Assembly: GCF_006345805.1 (NCBI RefSeq)
Contig: NW_021828684.1
Coordinates: 1 to 7,980, forward strand
Direction: 5' to 3'
Origin: Octopus sinensis
Taxonomy: Eukaryota
DNA: 7,980 nucleotides
Under the pieces are notes generated by a model. The model was not told the DNA's origin. It saw only the letters and a list, made by a program, of their open reading frames with translations, and searched no databases. This document shows, one piece after another, positions 7,690 through 7,980 of the stretch. A program made the translations under genes and the position numbers. How positions within the stretch are numbered: position 1 is the first letter of the stretch; each line of letters opens with the position of its first letter.

Positions 7690-7980
7690 AAGTTGGATGA
7701 ACCAGAAACTCTAAACTCTACCTTCGTATTCCGAAGAATTTGTCCGCATTCACCGTTTTCCATAATTGTGCTACATTCGAACAGAATGGTACACAATGCC
7801 GATTCCCTCATATTTATGAAAGACCAGCTTATAACTAATGACATCAATCTGTTTGGTAAATGGCAGCGATCGACCGTCTCTACACGTGATCCCTACAGAT
7901 CCTAAAATATACGGAAGCTCGTATGTATACGTAAGAAAATTGCAGTTAATTCCGATTTATGAAGTTTTATTAAAACAGCA

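Noticed and set aside
7623-7905. Overlapping ORFs on both strands and a possible minus-strand acceptor (TTTTAG near 7902)
   Set aside because: The ORFs overlap a SINE head, resemble no protein I recognise, and no frame stays open between convincing splice sites.

Overview
AT-rich, microsatellite-dense eukaryotic non-coding DNA made almost entirely of retroelement remnants and simple repeats. No intact host protein-coding gene is supportable. The SINE sequences resemble what I recall of octopus (coleoid cephalopod) repeats; this is recollection, not a search result. Contents: (i) three distinct 5'-truncated R4/Dong-like restriction-endonuclease LINE fragments, head-to-tail on the minus strand, each followed by an (AAT)n tract (2442-4260); (ii) a decayed CR1/L2-group LINE 3' end (4378-4830, minus); (iii) about seven tRNA-derived SINEs or fragments, one nested inside another and two tail-to-tail; (iv) two imperfect minimal hammerhead-ribozyme-like motifs of the Penelope type (2200-2247 minus, 6820-6863 plus), the second followed by a perfect 16-bp inverted repeat; (v) many microsatellites. 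Most ORFs in the supplied track are repeat artefacts; only 2634-3020 and part of 3777-4058 encode recognisable (retrotransposon) protein.
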